Positions 38,739 to 52,000 of a stretch of 64,000 bases of DNA are shown in pieces. The notes under the pieces are model-generated. The model was not told the origin of the DNA, made no database searches, and saw nothing but the letters and a program-made list of their open reading frames with translations. Position 1 is the stretch's first letter, and each line of letters opens with the position of its first letter. Location of the stretch: NCBI GenBank assembly GCA_002316275.1, contig DCDE01000004.1, positions 27,434-91,433 on the forward strand, given 5' to 3'. This DNA comes from a candidate division WOR-3 bacterium UBA1063. GTDB taxonomy: Bacteria > Hydrothermota > Hydrothermia > UBA1063. The translations under genes and the position numbers were made by a program.

Positions 38739-39281
38739 CTACCCCCTTTCAAATGGAAATCCAAAGGCTTCCAAGAGCCTCATAGCTTCCTCGTCATTTT
38801 CAGCAGTTGTAACGATGGAAATATCCATCCCAAAAACCTTTTTTACTTTATCAACTTCAATCTCAGGAAAGACTGTTTGCTCATCTAAGCCGAAGTTGTA
38901 ATTTCCATGACCATCAAAAGAATTTCTGCTTAGCCCCCTGAAGTCACGTACTCTTGGGAGAGCAAAGTTGATCAGTCTATCAAGAAAATCATAGGCTTTA
39001 AACTTCCTTAAAGTAACCCTTAATCCTATGGGCATGCCCTTTCTCAGGTGATAAGCAGCAACAGACTTTTTTGCCCGTATTATGTGTGGTCTTTGTCCGG
39101 TCACTCGTGAAAGATCTTCAGCCACTACTTCAAGTAACTTTGGATCCTGAACTGCTTCACCAAGTGCAACATTCACGACTATCTTCTCAATTCTCGGAAC
39201 CTTCATTATATTTCTATATCCAAGGTTTTTCTGGAGAAGAGGCCGTACCCTTTCTCTATACTCTAATAATAACCTTGACAT
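38739..39281 (-). CDS. rplE: 50S ribosomal protein L5
   Basis: Family pattern and operon position. Confidence 0.9.
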   Translation of the reverse strand: MSRLLLEYRERVRPLLQKNLGYRNIMKVPRIEKIVVNVALGEAVQDPKLLEVVAEDLSRVTGQRPHIIRAKKSVAAYHLRKGMPIGLRVTLRKFKAYDFLDRLINFALPRVRDFRGLSRNSFDGHGNYNFGLDEQTVFPEIEVDKVKKVFGMDISIVTTAENDEEAMRLLEAFGFPFERG

Positions 39282-39598
39282 CAGTCAATCTCCTTTCCAC
39301 ACTTCTTGCACACCCTGGACTTTTCCCCGTTCTCCTTTACTACAAAACTGACCATAGTAGCCTCTCCACACAAGGGACAGATCAACTTTACATTTGAGGC
39401 ATGAATTGGCGCTTCCATCTGAATAATTCCCGAAGGTTGTTCTGCGCTTCTCGCCCTCATATGCCTTTTTACTATATTTACACCTTCAACAAGAATCCGA
39501 CCTTTATCAGGAAGCACTTTCTTTACTTTGCCAATCTTCCCCTTATCTTTTCCACTTATTACAATAACCGTATCCTCCTTCCTGATTCTCACACCCAT
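39281..39598 (-). CDS. rplX: 50S ribosomal protein L24 (with C-terminal Cys4 zinc-ribbon extension)
   Basis: KOW motif '[15 protein letters not shown]'. C-terminal 'CPLCG...CKKCG'. Confidence 0.9.
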   Translation of the reverse strand: MGVRIRKEDTVIVISGKDKGKIGKVKKVLPDKGRILVEGVNIVKRHMRARSAEQPSGIIQMEAPIHASNVKLICPLCGEATMVSFVVKENGEKSRVCKKCGKEID

Positions 39599-39600
39599 GG

Positions 39601-39969
39601 TTAAACCACCTCCGCAGCAAGGGAAATAATCTTCATAAACTTTTTCTCTCTCAATTCTCTAGCTACCGGACCAAATACCCTCGTGCCCCTCGGCTCATTA
39701 AAATTATCGATAAGTACGGCTGCATTATCGTCAAACTTTACGTAAGTTCCATCGGGTCTTCTTATTTCTTTCTTTGTCCTCACAATAACTGCTCTGGCCT
39801 TATCTCCTTTTTTAACCGGTGACCCTGGAATGCTATCCTTGACAGTAACAACCACAACTTCACCTACATAAGCGTACTTTTTTCTACTACCCCCCAATAC
39901 CTTAATAACTAAAGCCTCCTGAGCACCAGTATTATCGACGATCTTCACCCGCGAAATATCCTGTATCAT
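39601..39969 (-). CDS. rplN: 50S ribosomal protein L14
   Basis: '[18 protein letters not shown]'. Confidence 0.9.
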   Translation of the reverse strand: MIQDISRVKIVDNTGAQEALVIKVLGGSRKKYAYVGEVVVVTVKDSIPGSPVKKGDKARAVIVRTKKEIRRPDGTYVKFDDNAAVLIDNFNEPRGTRVFGPVARELREKKFMKIISLAAEVV

Positions 39970-40229
39970 TATTCCTCCCTCCTTTCGGCCTTACGTATAA
40001 TCTCAACAAGTCTCCATCTCTTAAGCTTCGAAAGCGGTATAGTCTCTTCTATTTTCACAAGATCACCAATCCTCGATTCATTATTCTCATCGTGTACATA
40101 AAATTTCTTTCTCCGTCTCACATACTTTTCATAAATGGGATCTTTCTCGAGAAATTCATAAACTACAACTCTCGTCTTATCCATCTTGTCACCAACAACC
40201 ATTCCAACCCTTTGTCTCTTAATGCCCAT
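39969..40229 (-). CDS. rpsQ: 30S ribosomal protein S17
   Basis: '[16 protein letters not shown]'. Start taken at the internal Met (40229), which has an 'aggggtgga' SD, rather than the ORF-track start at 40250. Confidence 0.85.
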   Translation of the reverse strand: MGIKRQRVGMVVGDKMDKTRVVVYEFLEKDPIYEKYVRRRKKFYVHDENNESRIGDLVKIEETIPLSKLKRWRLVEIIRKAERREE

Positions 40230-40422
40230 TGTTTCCACCCCTTTTTTCATTTATTACCGTAATCACTCTCGCTATTTCATGTCTAATCTCACTGAATCGA
40301 TGTGGCTGATTCAAACGATGAAGAGCTTTGTCCATTCTTAACGTAAAAAGCTCTTCCTTTAAATCCCTCAATTTTTTGTTAAGTTCATCTAATGAAAGCT
40401 CTCTTAAATCTTTCGCTTTCAT
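40219..40422 (-). CDS. rpmC: 50S ribosomal protein L29
   Basis: 67 aa helical protein. '[24 protein letters not shown]'. Confidence 0.85.
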   Translation of the reverse strand: MKAKDLRELSLDELNKKLRDLKEELFTLRMDKALHRLNQPHRFSEIRHEIARVITVINEKRGGNNGH

Positions 40423-40838
40423 ACTCCACCTTCTTTAATAGATACAAATCGGGTTTTTACAGGTAATTTATAAGATGCAATTCTAAAAGCTTCTCTGGCA
40501 TCCTCTTCCGAAACACCACTCAATTCAAACAGTATCCTGCCAGGTTTAACTACAGCTACCCATAATTCTACATTACCTTTCCCCTTTCCCATTCTTGTTT
40601 CCGCTGGCTTTTTAGTAAATGGTTTATCAGGGAATACCCTCACCCAGAGTTTTCCACCCTTCTTCAAATATCTGGAAATAGCCATTCTGGCGGACTCTAT
40701 TTGGTTTGCAGTCAGCCAATCTGCTTCCATAGTCTTCAAACCAAACTCTCCAAAAGCCAGATAATTACCAGCCAGCGCTACGCCCTTTAATCTACCCCTC
40801 TGTTGTTTTCTATACTTTGTCCTGGATGGCATTAACAT
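40419..40838 (-). CDS. rplP: 50S ribosomal protein L16
   Basis: '[16 protein letters not shown]'. Confidence 0.9.
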   Translation of the reverse strand: MLMPSRTKYRKQQRGRLKGVALAGNYLAFGEFGLKTMEADWLTANQIESARMAISRYLKKGGKLWVRVFPDKPFTKKPAETRMGKGKGNVELWVAVVKPGRILFELSGVSEEDAREAFRIASYKLPVKTRFVSIKEGGV

Positions 40839-40841
40839 AGC

Positions 40842-41492
40842 CTATTCCTCCGATTCCTTCTTAAGTATGTCCCCTTTATAAATCCATACCTTAATACCTA
40901 TGGTACCATATTTAGTAAACGCAGTGCACTGGGCATAGTCAATATCTGCTCTAAGAGTCTGTAATGGAACCCTTCCCTTTAAATACCATTCTTTCCTTGC
41001 AATTTCAGCACCTGCAAGTCTCCCTTTAGAATAGACTTTTATCCCAAGAGCCCCTGATTTAATAGCTTGCTCTACTGCCCTTTTCATCGCCCTTCGGTGA
41101 GACACCCTCTGTTCTATTCTGAAAGCAATCTGTTGCGCTACGAGTGCTGCATCAATTTCAGGTATCTTTACTTCTCTGACATCAACATGAATATCCTTAT
41201 AAGACGCAATTTCTGTGAGCTCTTTTTTTAATGATTCAACCTCTTTCCCGCCCTTTCCGATGATGACACCAGGCTTTGCAGTATAGATACTCACAGAAAT
41301 CTTATCTGGAAGTACTCTTTCGATCTCAACTTTGGAAACACCTGCTTCTTTAAATCTCGTGTTGATATACTTTCTCAGCTTATAATCCTCTTTTACAAAT
41401 TTAGAATAACTGATATCAGGAGCATACCAGTGTGACTGCCATCCTTTGTTAACACCAATTCTGAATCCGTACGGATGAACTTTCTGACCCAT
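40842..41492 (-). CDS. rpsC: 30S ribosomal protein S3
   Basis: '[14 protein letters not shown]' with a KH domain. Confidence 0.9.
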   Translation of the reverse strand: MGQKVHPYGFRIGVNKGWQSHWYAPDISYSKFVKEDYKLRKYINTRFKEAGVSKVEIERVLPDKISVSIYTAKPGVIIGKGGKEVESLKKELTEIASYKDIHVDVREVKIPEIDAALVAQQIAFRIEQRVSHRRAMKRAVEQAIKSGALGIKVYSKGRLAGAEIARKEWYLKGRVPLQTLRADIDYAQCTAFTKYGTIGIKVWIYKGDILKKESEE

Positions 41493-41839
41493 TATTGAAC
41501 CTCCTTTGGACCAACTTCAATAGTAACATGGCACGTCCTCTTAAGTATAACCGTAGCCATACCTCTATACATAGGTCTGACCCTTTTCCATATGGGTCCC
41601 CTATCAACCTTGGCAACTCTCACAAAAAGCTGATCATCAGAGAGTTCTCCACCTTTATCACGATAGGACGCAACAGCAGCCTTTAAAGCCTTCATAGTAA
41701 AAGTTGCAGATTTTTTATTCAACACACTTAGCATATGCATCGCATCTTCTACATTCTTACCCCTTACCTCGTCTAGCAGCGGAACCATCTTCTTGGGAGA
41801 GATCCTCCTATGCTTAAGCATACTCTTACCTGTTATCAT
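41492..41839 (-). CDS. rplV: 50S ribosomal protein L22
   Basis: Family pattern and operon position. Confidence 0.9.
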   Translation of the reverse strand: MITGKSMLKHRRISPKKMVPLLDEVRGKNVEDAMHMLSVLNKKSATFTMKALKAAVASYRDKGGELSDDQLFVRVAKVDRGPIWKRVRPMYRGMATVILKRTCHVTIEVGPKEVQ

Positions 41840-42120
41840 GCTAACCTCGCTTTTTCGGCTTTCTTCTCTTTATGCCCCCTATAGGTTCTTGTAGGGGAAA
41901 ACTCACCAAGTCTATGGCCTACCATCTCTTGCGTAATGTACACCGGTATAAATTTTCTTCCATTATGAACAGCAATAGTATGGCCGACAAAATCCGGAGT
42001 AATCATTGACGCTCTCGAGTAAGTCTTTACCACCTTTTTTTCACCCTTTTCGTTCATTTCCATTATCTTCTTATATAGCTTATCATTAACAAAAGGGCCC
42101 TTTTTAGAAGATCTGGCCAT
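41836..42120 (-). CDS. rpsS: 30S ribosomal protein S19
   Basis: '[15 protein letters not shown]'. Confidence 0.9.
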   Translation of the reverse strand: MARSSKKGPFVNDKLYKKIMEMNEKGEKKVVKTYSRASMITPDFVGHTIAVHNGRKFIPVYITQEMVGHRLGEFSPTRTYRGHKEKKAEKARLA

Positions 42121-42941
42121 TACTTGCGCCTCCTTACTATGAGCTTATCACTTGCTTTCTTTCTTTTTCTCGTCTTCTTTCCATCCACAACTCCCGTTGG
42201 GCTAGATGGATGCCTTCCCGACTTCGATCTTCCTTCACCGCCTCCCAGGGGATGGTCTACCGGATTCATGACCACTCCACGAACATGGGGCCTCTTCCCG
42301 AGCCACCTCGTCCTACCCGCTTTTCCTAAAGTAACGTTCTCGTGGTCAATATTGGAAACCTGACCTATGGTAGCATAGCACTTTAGGTTGACAAGCCTAA
42401 CTTCACCTGATGGGAGCTGAATATGAGCGTAATTCCCCTCTTTCGATAAAATAATAGCACTGGACCCAGCAGTCCTGACAAGCTGCCCACCTTTACCGGG
42501 TGTTATCTCCAAGTTATGAATCGGTATCCCCTCGGGAATCTTTGACAAAGGAAGTGCATTTCCAATCCTGATCTCGGCATCGGGACCTGATGTCACGATA
42601 TCTCCAATCTTAAGGTCAATAGGAGCAATGATGTATCTCTTTTCACCATCCACGTGCTGTATTAAAGCAATCCGCGAACTTCTATTGGGATCATACTCAA
42701 TTGAAACGACCTTGCCAGGAATTCCAAACTTGTTTCTCTTAAAATCGATCACTCTGTAATGTCTTCGGTGGCCACCTCCCCTGAATCGGGTCGTTACTCT
42801 CCCTGTGTTGTTCCTTCCACCTGACTTCTTAAGAGGAACCAGTAAAGACTTTTCAGGTTCCTTTTTAGTCAGCTGTGAGAAATCAGCGACATTCATGGAA
42901 CGCCTCGATGGCGTGACTGGTCTGTATTTCTTAACTGCCAT
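42120..42941 (-). CDS. rplB: 50S ribosomal protein L2
   Basis: 273 aa. '[13 protein letters not shown]'. Confidence 0.9.
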   Translation of the reverse strand: MAVKKYRPVTPSRRSMNVADFSQLTKKEPEKSLLVPLKKSGGRNNTGRVTTRFRGGGHRRHYRVIDFKRNKFGIPGKVVSIEYDPNRSSRIALIQHVDGEKRYIIAPIDLKIGDIVTSGPDAEIRIGNALPLSKIPEGIPIHNLEITPGKGGQLVRTAGSSAIILSKEGNYAHIQLPSGEVRLVNLKCYATIGQVSNIDHENVTLGKAGRTRWLGKRPHVRGVVMNPVDHPLGGGEGRSKSGRHPSSPTGVVDGKKTRKRKKASDKLIVRRRK

Positions 42942-42943
42942 AA

Positions 42944-43231
42944 TTATACTCCTTCAAAAAACGGGATGGACTCCCCCTGCTTCAATGTAACTATAGCTTT
43001 TTTCCATGACTTTGTATAACCGGGAGCAAGTCTTACCCTTCTAGGTTTAGCTTTCACATTAACAACCCTTACTTTCTCTACATGCACTCTGAAGAGCTCT
43101 TCAACAGCCTTCTTCACTTCAATCTTGTTAGAATCTGAAGCCACCTCAAAGACAAACTGACCGCTCTCTCTTAATAAAGAGGACCTCTCAGTTACAATTG
43201 GCCTAATAATGATGTCTCTTGGGTCTTTCAT
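42944..43231 (-). CDS. rplW: 50S ribosomal protein L23
   Basis: Family pattern and operon position. Confidence 0.9.
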   Translation of the reverse strand: MKDPRDIIIRPIVTERSSLLRESGQFVFEVASDSNKIEVKKAVEELFRVHVEKVRVVNVKAKPRRVRLAPGYTKSWKKAIVTLKQGESIPFFEGV

Positions 43232-43854
43232 ATAACCAACCTCTTTTCAAGTTTACCTATGCCTTCCTTTTCTATTAAGACGAAGCTTGAGTTCATAACT
43301 ACAACTGGATTGACGTCCCTAACTTCCATAACATCGCAGAAGGGGATATTTCTGCCAGAAAGGTAGAGATTCCTATTATAAACACTAGACAGTATTAAGG
43401 TCTTTTTTTCATCCAAGCCGATCTTCTCAAGTAGTTCAGCCATCCTCCTTGTCTTTGGTTCAGTAAAGTCAAACCTTTCGATTATATAAATCCGTCCGTG
43501 TTGAGCCTTATCAGCAAGGGAGTAAAGTAGTGCCAATTTCTTCATCCTTGTAGGTATCTCATAATAATATTCTCTTGGACGAGGGCCATGTGCTTTTCCA
43601 CCACCGACGAAAATCGGTGCCTTGATATCACCATGCCTGGATCTCCCAAGTCCCTTTTGTGGAAATAGTTTCCGACCCGAAGCTACTACTTCAGCTCGAG
43701 TCTTTGCAAAGTGAGTCCCTTGTCTCTTATTTGCCATGTACATTCTCGAAACTTCCCAAAGCAGGTGATGCTTGGGCTCCACTCCAAAGAGTTCGTCTTT
43801 CAGTTCCATCTCACCAACAAGCTCACCGTTTTCATTATATAGAGGAGCTTTCAT
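43228..43854 (-). CDS. rplD: 50S ribosomal protein L4
   Basis: Family pattern and operon position. Confidence 0.9.
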   Translation of the reverse strand: MKAPLYNENGELVGEMELKDELFGVEPKHHLLWEVSRMYMANKRQGTHFAKTRAEVVASGRKLFPQKGLGRSRHGDIKAPIFVGGGKAHGPRPREYYYEIPTRMKKLALLYSLADKAQHGRIYIIERFDFTEPKTRRMAELLEKIGLDEKKTLILSSVYNRNLYLSGRNIPFCDVMEVRDVNPVVVMNSSFVLIEKEGIGKLEKRLVI

Positions 43855-44498
43855 TTGGATCTCTCCTTAGCTTTTTTAACGCAAACTACCGTACCGCAAG
43901 GCCCTGGAATCGCACCTTTTACAAGTATCACATTCTTTTCCGGCAGTATCTTGGCTATTTGCAGATTCTTCACGGTAATCCTCTTCATACCTTCATGACC
44001 TGCAAGCTTTCTACCTTTATAAACTCTTCCGGGATCAGTATGCTGTCCAATTGAACCGGGTCTCGAATGAAACTTTGAGCCATGGGATTTAGGTCCACCT
44101 GAAAATCCCCATCTCTTAGTAACACCCTGAAAACCTTTACCCTTCGAGAATCCTGTAATATCTATTCGCTCTCCTTCATCAAATATTTCAAAGGCCTTTA
44201 TCTCCTGTCCCAGTTGAAATTTCGAAACATCATCTACTCTAAATTCCCTTATTACTCGTGCAGGGTATTTCTCCCTTTCTCCTAAAATCTTCTTTAACTC
44301 AGCGAGCCGAGGCTTCGTAAGTTTCTTGGCATCTACATCTCCAAATGCCAACTTTACGGCATTGTAGCCATCCCTTTCTATAGTCTTCCCCTGAATTACA
44401 GTGCAGGGGCCGGCTTCAATAACCGTAACAGCAGTCATCGAGCCGTCTTCAGTAGGGATCTGGGTCATGCCCAGCTTTCTACCAATTAAACCTATCAT
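43851..44498 (-). CDS. rplC: 50S ribosomal protein L3
   Basis: 'MIGLIGRKLGMTQI'. Start taken at Met5 (a GAGGTG SD lies 4-5 nt upstream). The ORF-track Met1 at 44510 would overlap the rpsJ stop as ATGA. Confidence 0.85.
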   Translation of the reverse strand: MIGLIGRKLGMTQIPTEDGSMTAVTVIEAGPCTVIQGKTIERDGYNAVKLAFGDVDAKKLTKPRLAELKKILGEREKYPARVIREFRVDDVSKFQLGQEIKAFEIFDEGERIDITGFSKGKGFQGVTKRWGFSGGPKSHGSKFHSRPGSIGQHTDPGRVYKGRKLAGHEGMKRITVKNLQIAKILPEKNVILVKGAIPGPCGTVVCVKKAKERSK

Positions 44499-44506
44499 CA
44501 TACACC

Positions 44507-44821
44507 TCATATCATTTTAATTTCCACATCCACTCCAGGGGGTAAGTCCAATCTGGAGAGCTTTTCAATCGTCTCCGCTGTCGGTTTCTTAATCTCGATT
44601 AATCTTTTGTGAACTTTTAACTCAAACTGTTCTTGGGAACGCTTATCAATGTGTGGAGACCTTATCACTGAAAAGAGCGTTCTCTTCGTAGGTAGAGGAA
44701 TGGGACCTGCTACTTCAGCACCACTAGCTTTCGCAGTATGAGCAATACTCTGTGCAGAACGATCCAAAAGTCCGGGATCAAATGACTTTAATTTTATCCT
44801 TATCTTCGCCTCAAGAACCAT
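44507..44821 (-). CDS. rpsJ: 30S ribosomal protein S10
   Basis: '[14 protein letters not shown]...GPIPLPT'. Confidence 0.9.
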   Translation of the reverse strand: MVLEAKIRIKLKSFDPGLLDRSAQSIAHTAKASGAEVAGPIPLPTKRTLFSVIRSPHIDKRSQEQFELKVHKRLIEIKKPTAETIEKLSRLDLPPGVDVEIKMI

Positions 44822-44825
44822 GATT

Positions 44826-46028
44826 TTACTCTTCTATGTCGGTAACAACGCCTGCACCAACAGTTCTTCCACCTTCACGAATTGCAAATCTCAACTCTTT
44901 TTCAACAGCAACATGATACATAAGCTCTACTTCAAGATTCACGTGGTCTCCAGGCATCACCATTTCTCTTCCTTCTGGAAGTGTAATATTTCCAGTAACA
45001 TCAGTCGTCCTGAAGTAAAACTGCGGCCTGTACCCTGTCATAAACGGAGTATGCCTTCCACCTTCTTCCTTTGTCAATACGTATACCTGAGCTCTGAACC
45101 TCTTGTGGGGCTTTATAGAACCTGGCTTGGCAACAACCATGCCCCTTTCTACCTCTTCCTTCTTTACACCCCTCAAGAGTAGGCCGACATTATCTCCAGG
45201 TATAGCTTCGTCAAGCTCTTTTCTAAACATTTCAATAGAAGTAACGATCGTCTTTATCGGTTCATCTCTAAATCCCACTATTTCAACCTCTTCACCAGGT
45301 GTTAGTCTTCCGCGATCAACTCTTCCCGTGACGACAGTTCCACGCCCTGTAATTGTGAAGATATCTTCAATAGCCATGAGGAAAGGTTTATCCAAGGCGC
45401 GCACAGGCTCAGGGATATAATTATCGATTGCATTAAGAACCTCTTGGATAGGCTTATACCACTGGCAGTCCATGTTATCACCACATTCTTCAAGGGCTTT
45501 AAGAGCGGACCCCTTAATGATAGGAACCTCATCACCAGGAAATTCATACTTGTTAAGGAGATCCCTAATCTCAAGTTCCACCAACTCTTGTAACTCGGGG
45601 TCATCGAGCATATCGATTTTGTTCATAAACACAACAATGTAAGGGACGTTAACCTGCCTTGCTAGAAGAACATGCTCCCTCGTCTGTGGCTGAACGCCAT
45701 CAGCTGCGGATACCACGAGAATCGCACCATCCATCTGGGCTGCTCCAGTAATCATATTCTTCACATAGTCAGCGTGTCCAGGACAATCAATGTGCGCATA
45801 GTGACGTTTATCAGTCTCATACTCAACATGAGCCAACTGAATTGTAATCCCACGAGCTTTCTCTTCCGGAGCCTTGTCAATCTGTTCGAAGGGTACATAA
45901 TTAGCAAACCCTTTAAGGGAAAGATATTTGGTCATAGCAGCCGTCAAAGTGGTTTTCCCATGGTCTATATGACCAATAGTTCCCACATTCAGGTGTGGCT
46001 TTGTTCTCGCAAATTTTTCCTTAGCCAT
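44826..46028 (-). CDS. tuf: Elongation factor Tu
   Basis: 400 aa. '[13 protein letters not shown]', 'DCPGHADY', 'NKIDM'. Confidence 0.95.
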   Translation of the reverse strand: MAKEKFARTKPHLNVGTIGHIDHGKTTLTAAMTKYLSLKGFANYVPFEQIDKAPEEKARGITIQLAHVEYETDKRHYAHIDCPGHADYVKNMITGAAQMDGAILVVSAADGVQPQTREHVLLARQVNVPYIVVFMNKIDMLDDPELQELVELEIRDLLNKYEFPGDEVPIIKGSALKALEECGDNMDCQWYKPIQEVLNAIDNYIPEPVRALDKPFLMAIEDIFTITGRGTVVTGRVDRGRLTPGEEVEIVGFRDEPIKTIVTSIEMFRKELDEAIPGDNVGLLLRGVKKEEVERGMVVAKPGSIKPHKRFRAQVYVLTKEEGGRHTPFMTGYRPQFYFRTTDVTGNITLPEGREMVMPGDHVNLEVELMYHVAVEKELRFAIREGGRTVGAGVVTDIEE

Positions 46029-46048
46029 TTCTACATACCTCCATTATG

Positions 46049-48582
<2,534 letters not shown>

Positions 48583-48957
48583 CTACTTTTTAGGTTTCTT
48601 AGCCCCATAAAGAGATCTAGAGTTCTTTCTACCTTCAACCCCAGCAGTATCGTATTTGCCTCTTATGATATGATATTTCACACCAGGTAAATCCTTCACC
48701 CTTCCTCCCCTAACAAGAACTATAGAGTGCTCCTGAAGGTTATGCCCTTCTCCGGGTATGTATGCAATGACCTCTTTTCCATTGGACAACCGAACTTTCG
48801 CCACCTTTCTTAAAGCGGAATTAGGCTTTTTAGGCGTCGTTGTATAAACTCTAATGCAAACACCTCTCTTTTGAGGGCAGCCGTCGAGAGCCGGCGCCTT
48901 TGATTTTTTCCGTTTTTCCTTCCTCCCAAGTCTTATAAGTTGACTTATAGTAGGCAT
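48583..48957 (-). CDS. rpsL: 30S ribosomal protein S12
   Basis: '[14 protein letters not shown]...[10 protein letters not shown]'. Confidence 0.9.
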   Translation of the reverse strand: MPTISQLIRLGRKEKRKKSKAPALDGCPQKRGVCIRVYTTTPKKPNSALRKVAKVRLSNGKEVIAYIPGEGHNLQEHSIVLVRGGRVKDLPGVKYHIIRGKYDTAGVEGRKNSRSLYGAKKPKK

Positions 48958-48987
48958 AATATACTTCCCCCTTTAAAACAGTGATTA

Positions 48988-49016
48988 ATTTTACTGCTAT
49001 ATCAACAAACGTTCAA
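48988..49016 (-). promoter_or_regulatory. Candidate sigma70-like promoter of the str operon (rpsL-rpsG-fusA-tuf...)
   Basis: Minus strand: TTGAAC (49016-49011), 17-nt spacer, TAAAAT (48993-48988). About 25-nt leader with an 'aagggggaag' SD before the rpsL ATG. Confidence 0.4.
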
Positions 49017-49030
49017 GATTTATATTTGTC

Positions 49031-52000
49031 CTACTCGTTTCTATCTTGAAGTTCTTCCTCCTCTGTTTCTTCTAACTCAACCTCTTCTTTTATTGAAATT
49101 CGTCTATATTTTTTAAAGCCGGTCCCCGCTGGGACGAGGTTACCAATAATCACATTCTCTTTAAGGCCTTCAAGTTTGTCTTCTTTACCCGCTATGGCTG
49201 CCTCAGTTAGTACCTTTGTGGTCTCCTGGAAGGATGCAGCGGAAAGGAAACTTTCAGAAGCAAGTGCCGCTCTCGTAATACCTAAAAGTTGAAATTCATA
49301 AGTAGCTGGCCTTCCACCTTTTTCACGAACTTCCCTATTCTCATCTTCAACAACATTTATATCCACAATGTCACCTTCCACTAAATTCCTTGCATCGCCA
49401 GAATCTTTAATTCTTACCTTCCTCAACATCTGCCTTACTATGATCTCAACGTGAGCATCATCAATTTTCACATTGGATAATCTATACACCTCGAGGATCC
49501 TATCGAGTAAAAATTCTTGAACAGCGTCTATACCCCTAACTCTAAGAATATCATGGGGGTCTATCGGCCCTTCTGTGATGGGCTCACCAGCCTCAATCCA
49601 GTCCCCATTTGCAACATGTAGGTACTTCCCATAAGGAATCATATATTCTCTCGAATCACCAGACTCACTGACAACCCTTACAATAATTCCCCTTTCCCTA
49701 CCTTCCTTCACAAAGTCTACCTTGACAATACCACTGATTTCAGAAAGAACCGCCTTATCCTTTGGGACTCTGGCTTCAAAATAGTCTTCCACCTGAGGCA
49801 AACCACCCGTAATGTCTCTAGTCTTGGCTGCACTTCGCGGAACCTTTGCCACCACATCACCAGCATCTACATGATCACCATCAGCTACAATAAGAGTTGC
49901 ATCTTTAACAAGAAGGATCTCTTCAACTGTCTCTCCACTCTCTGGGTTTACTATGTGCAACCTTGGGAATAGTTTTTTCTCGCGATCGAGTTCTATAACC
50001 CTTTCAATCTTACCTGAAGGCAGCACCACTTCCTTTAATGTAATACCATCTATTACATCAATGAACTTCACAATACCCTGATTGGTAGAAAGAATCGGCA
50101 AGCTGTAAGGTTCCCACTCACAAATTCTCTCACCTTTCTTAATTGCAGCATTGTCTCCAAAGAGAATTCTTGCACCATAAGGGATGTTATATCTTCTTTC
50201 GAACTTGCCATCCGGGGTCTTAAAGAGAATATTCGCTTTTCTACTGATATTTATTGCCCCAGCTCTTGGATTCTCTACAACACGCACTCCATCATATATG
50301 ATTACACCATCGTATGGCACCTCGTGGAAAGATTCTTCAGCAATTCTTTCCGCAGTGCCACCCGTATGGAAAGTTCTCAACGTGAGTTGTGTACCAGGCT
50401 CACCAATAGACTGAGCTGCCATTACACCAACGGCTTCCCCAACATCAACAAGCCTTCCCGTCGCAAGATTACGACCATAGCACTTGGCGCAAACACCTTT
50501 CCTTGATCTACACCTCAATACAGATCTGACTTCCACTTCAGCGATGCCACTCTCTTCGATTTTCTTCGCAGCTTCCTCACTAATCTCTTCTCCCTCGGGG
50601 ACAATCAGCTCCTCGGTAATCGGGTGATATATATCATTCACTGCAAGCCTTCCAACAATTCTCTCAGACAGGGGCTTAATGACCTTTTCACCGTCAGAAA
50701 GTGCTGTCAATTTTCTGCCTGTCAGAGTTCCACAATCTTTCTCTGTAACCACAATATTATGCGCAATATCTACAAGTCTCCTGGTCAAATATCCCGCATC
50801 AGCGGTCTTTAAAGCAGTGTCAGATAAACCCTTCCTAGAGCCATGAGTTGAAATAAAGTATTCAAGAACCTTTAGCCCTTCTTTAAAATTTGAAATAATA
50901 GGATTTTCAATTAATTCCCCGGCTTCTTTCCCCTTACCTGGCCTGGCCATAAGGCCCCTCATACCAGCGATCTGTTTCACTTGATCCTCATTTCCTCTCG
51001 CACCGGAAGTCAGCATTAGATAAATTGGATTAAACCCCTCTTTATCATTATCCATTAGTTCTAACATCTCTTTTTTAACAATCTCAGATGTCCTCGTCCA
51101 TATATCAAGTACATTTTGATATTTCTCCATACCAGAAAGGGTACCTCTTTCAAACGCTTTTTCAAACTTTTCCGCATCTCGTTTTGCTCTTTCTACAATA
51201 TCCTTTTTCCTTTCAGGGACTACCATATCATCCACGCCAAAAGTAATCCCAGACACAGTACAGTACTTAAAGCCCAGATCCTTCAGGGCATCAAGAAGCT
51301 CAGCAGTCCTCGCCGCGCCAAAGCGGTGGTGCGTCAGAGAAACAAGGTCGGAAAGTTCATTCTTTTTCATTTCTTTGTTAATAAATCTGAACTCTTCAGG
51401 TAAGAAATCATTAAAAACGATCCTACCAATAGTAGTTTCAATAAGCTCGCCCTTTATCATTACATTAATCCTTGCCCTTAAGCCTACATATCCGTTTTCA
51501 TAAGCTATCACTGCTTCTTCCGGCGTTGCGAATACCTTACCTTCACCTTTATCACCACGAAGAATCTTCGTTAAGTAGTTCAACCCAAGAACTATGTCTC
51601 TTGTAGGAGCCGCAAGTGGTCCACCATAAGCGGGAGAAAGAATATTGTTTATAGAAAGTATCAAGCCATAGCCCTCCAGTTGTGCCTCATAAGATATAGG
51701 GACATAAACACTCATGGTGTCACCATCAAAATCGGCGTTAAAAGCCGCACAAACGAGCGGATGAAGGCCTATTGCCTTGTTCTCCCATAGTAGCGGTTCG
51801 AACGCTTGGATAGAAACTCTGTGCAAAGTTGGAGCCCTGTTCAGAAGCACTGGGTGATCTTTGATTATCTTCTCAAGCATGTCCCAAATCGCTGGGTCCC
51901 TCTGTCTTAACTTGACTTCTGCCTCTCTCATGCTGCTGGCAATCCCTGACTCGTTTAGCTTGTGCTCAACCATCGGCCTAAAAAGTTCCAGCGCCATTTC

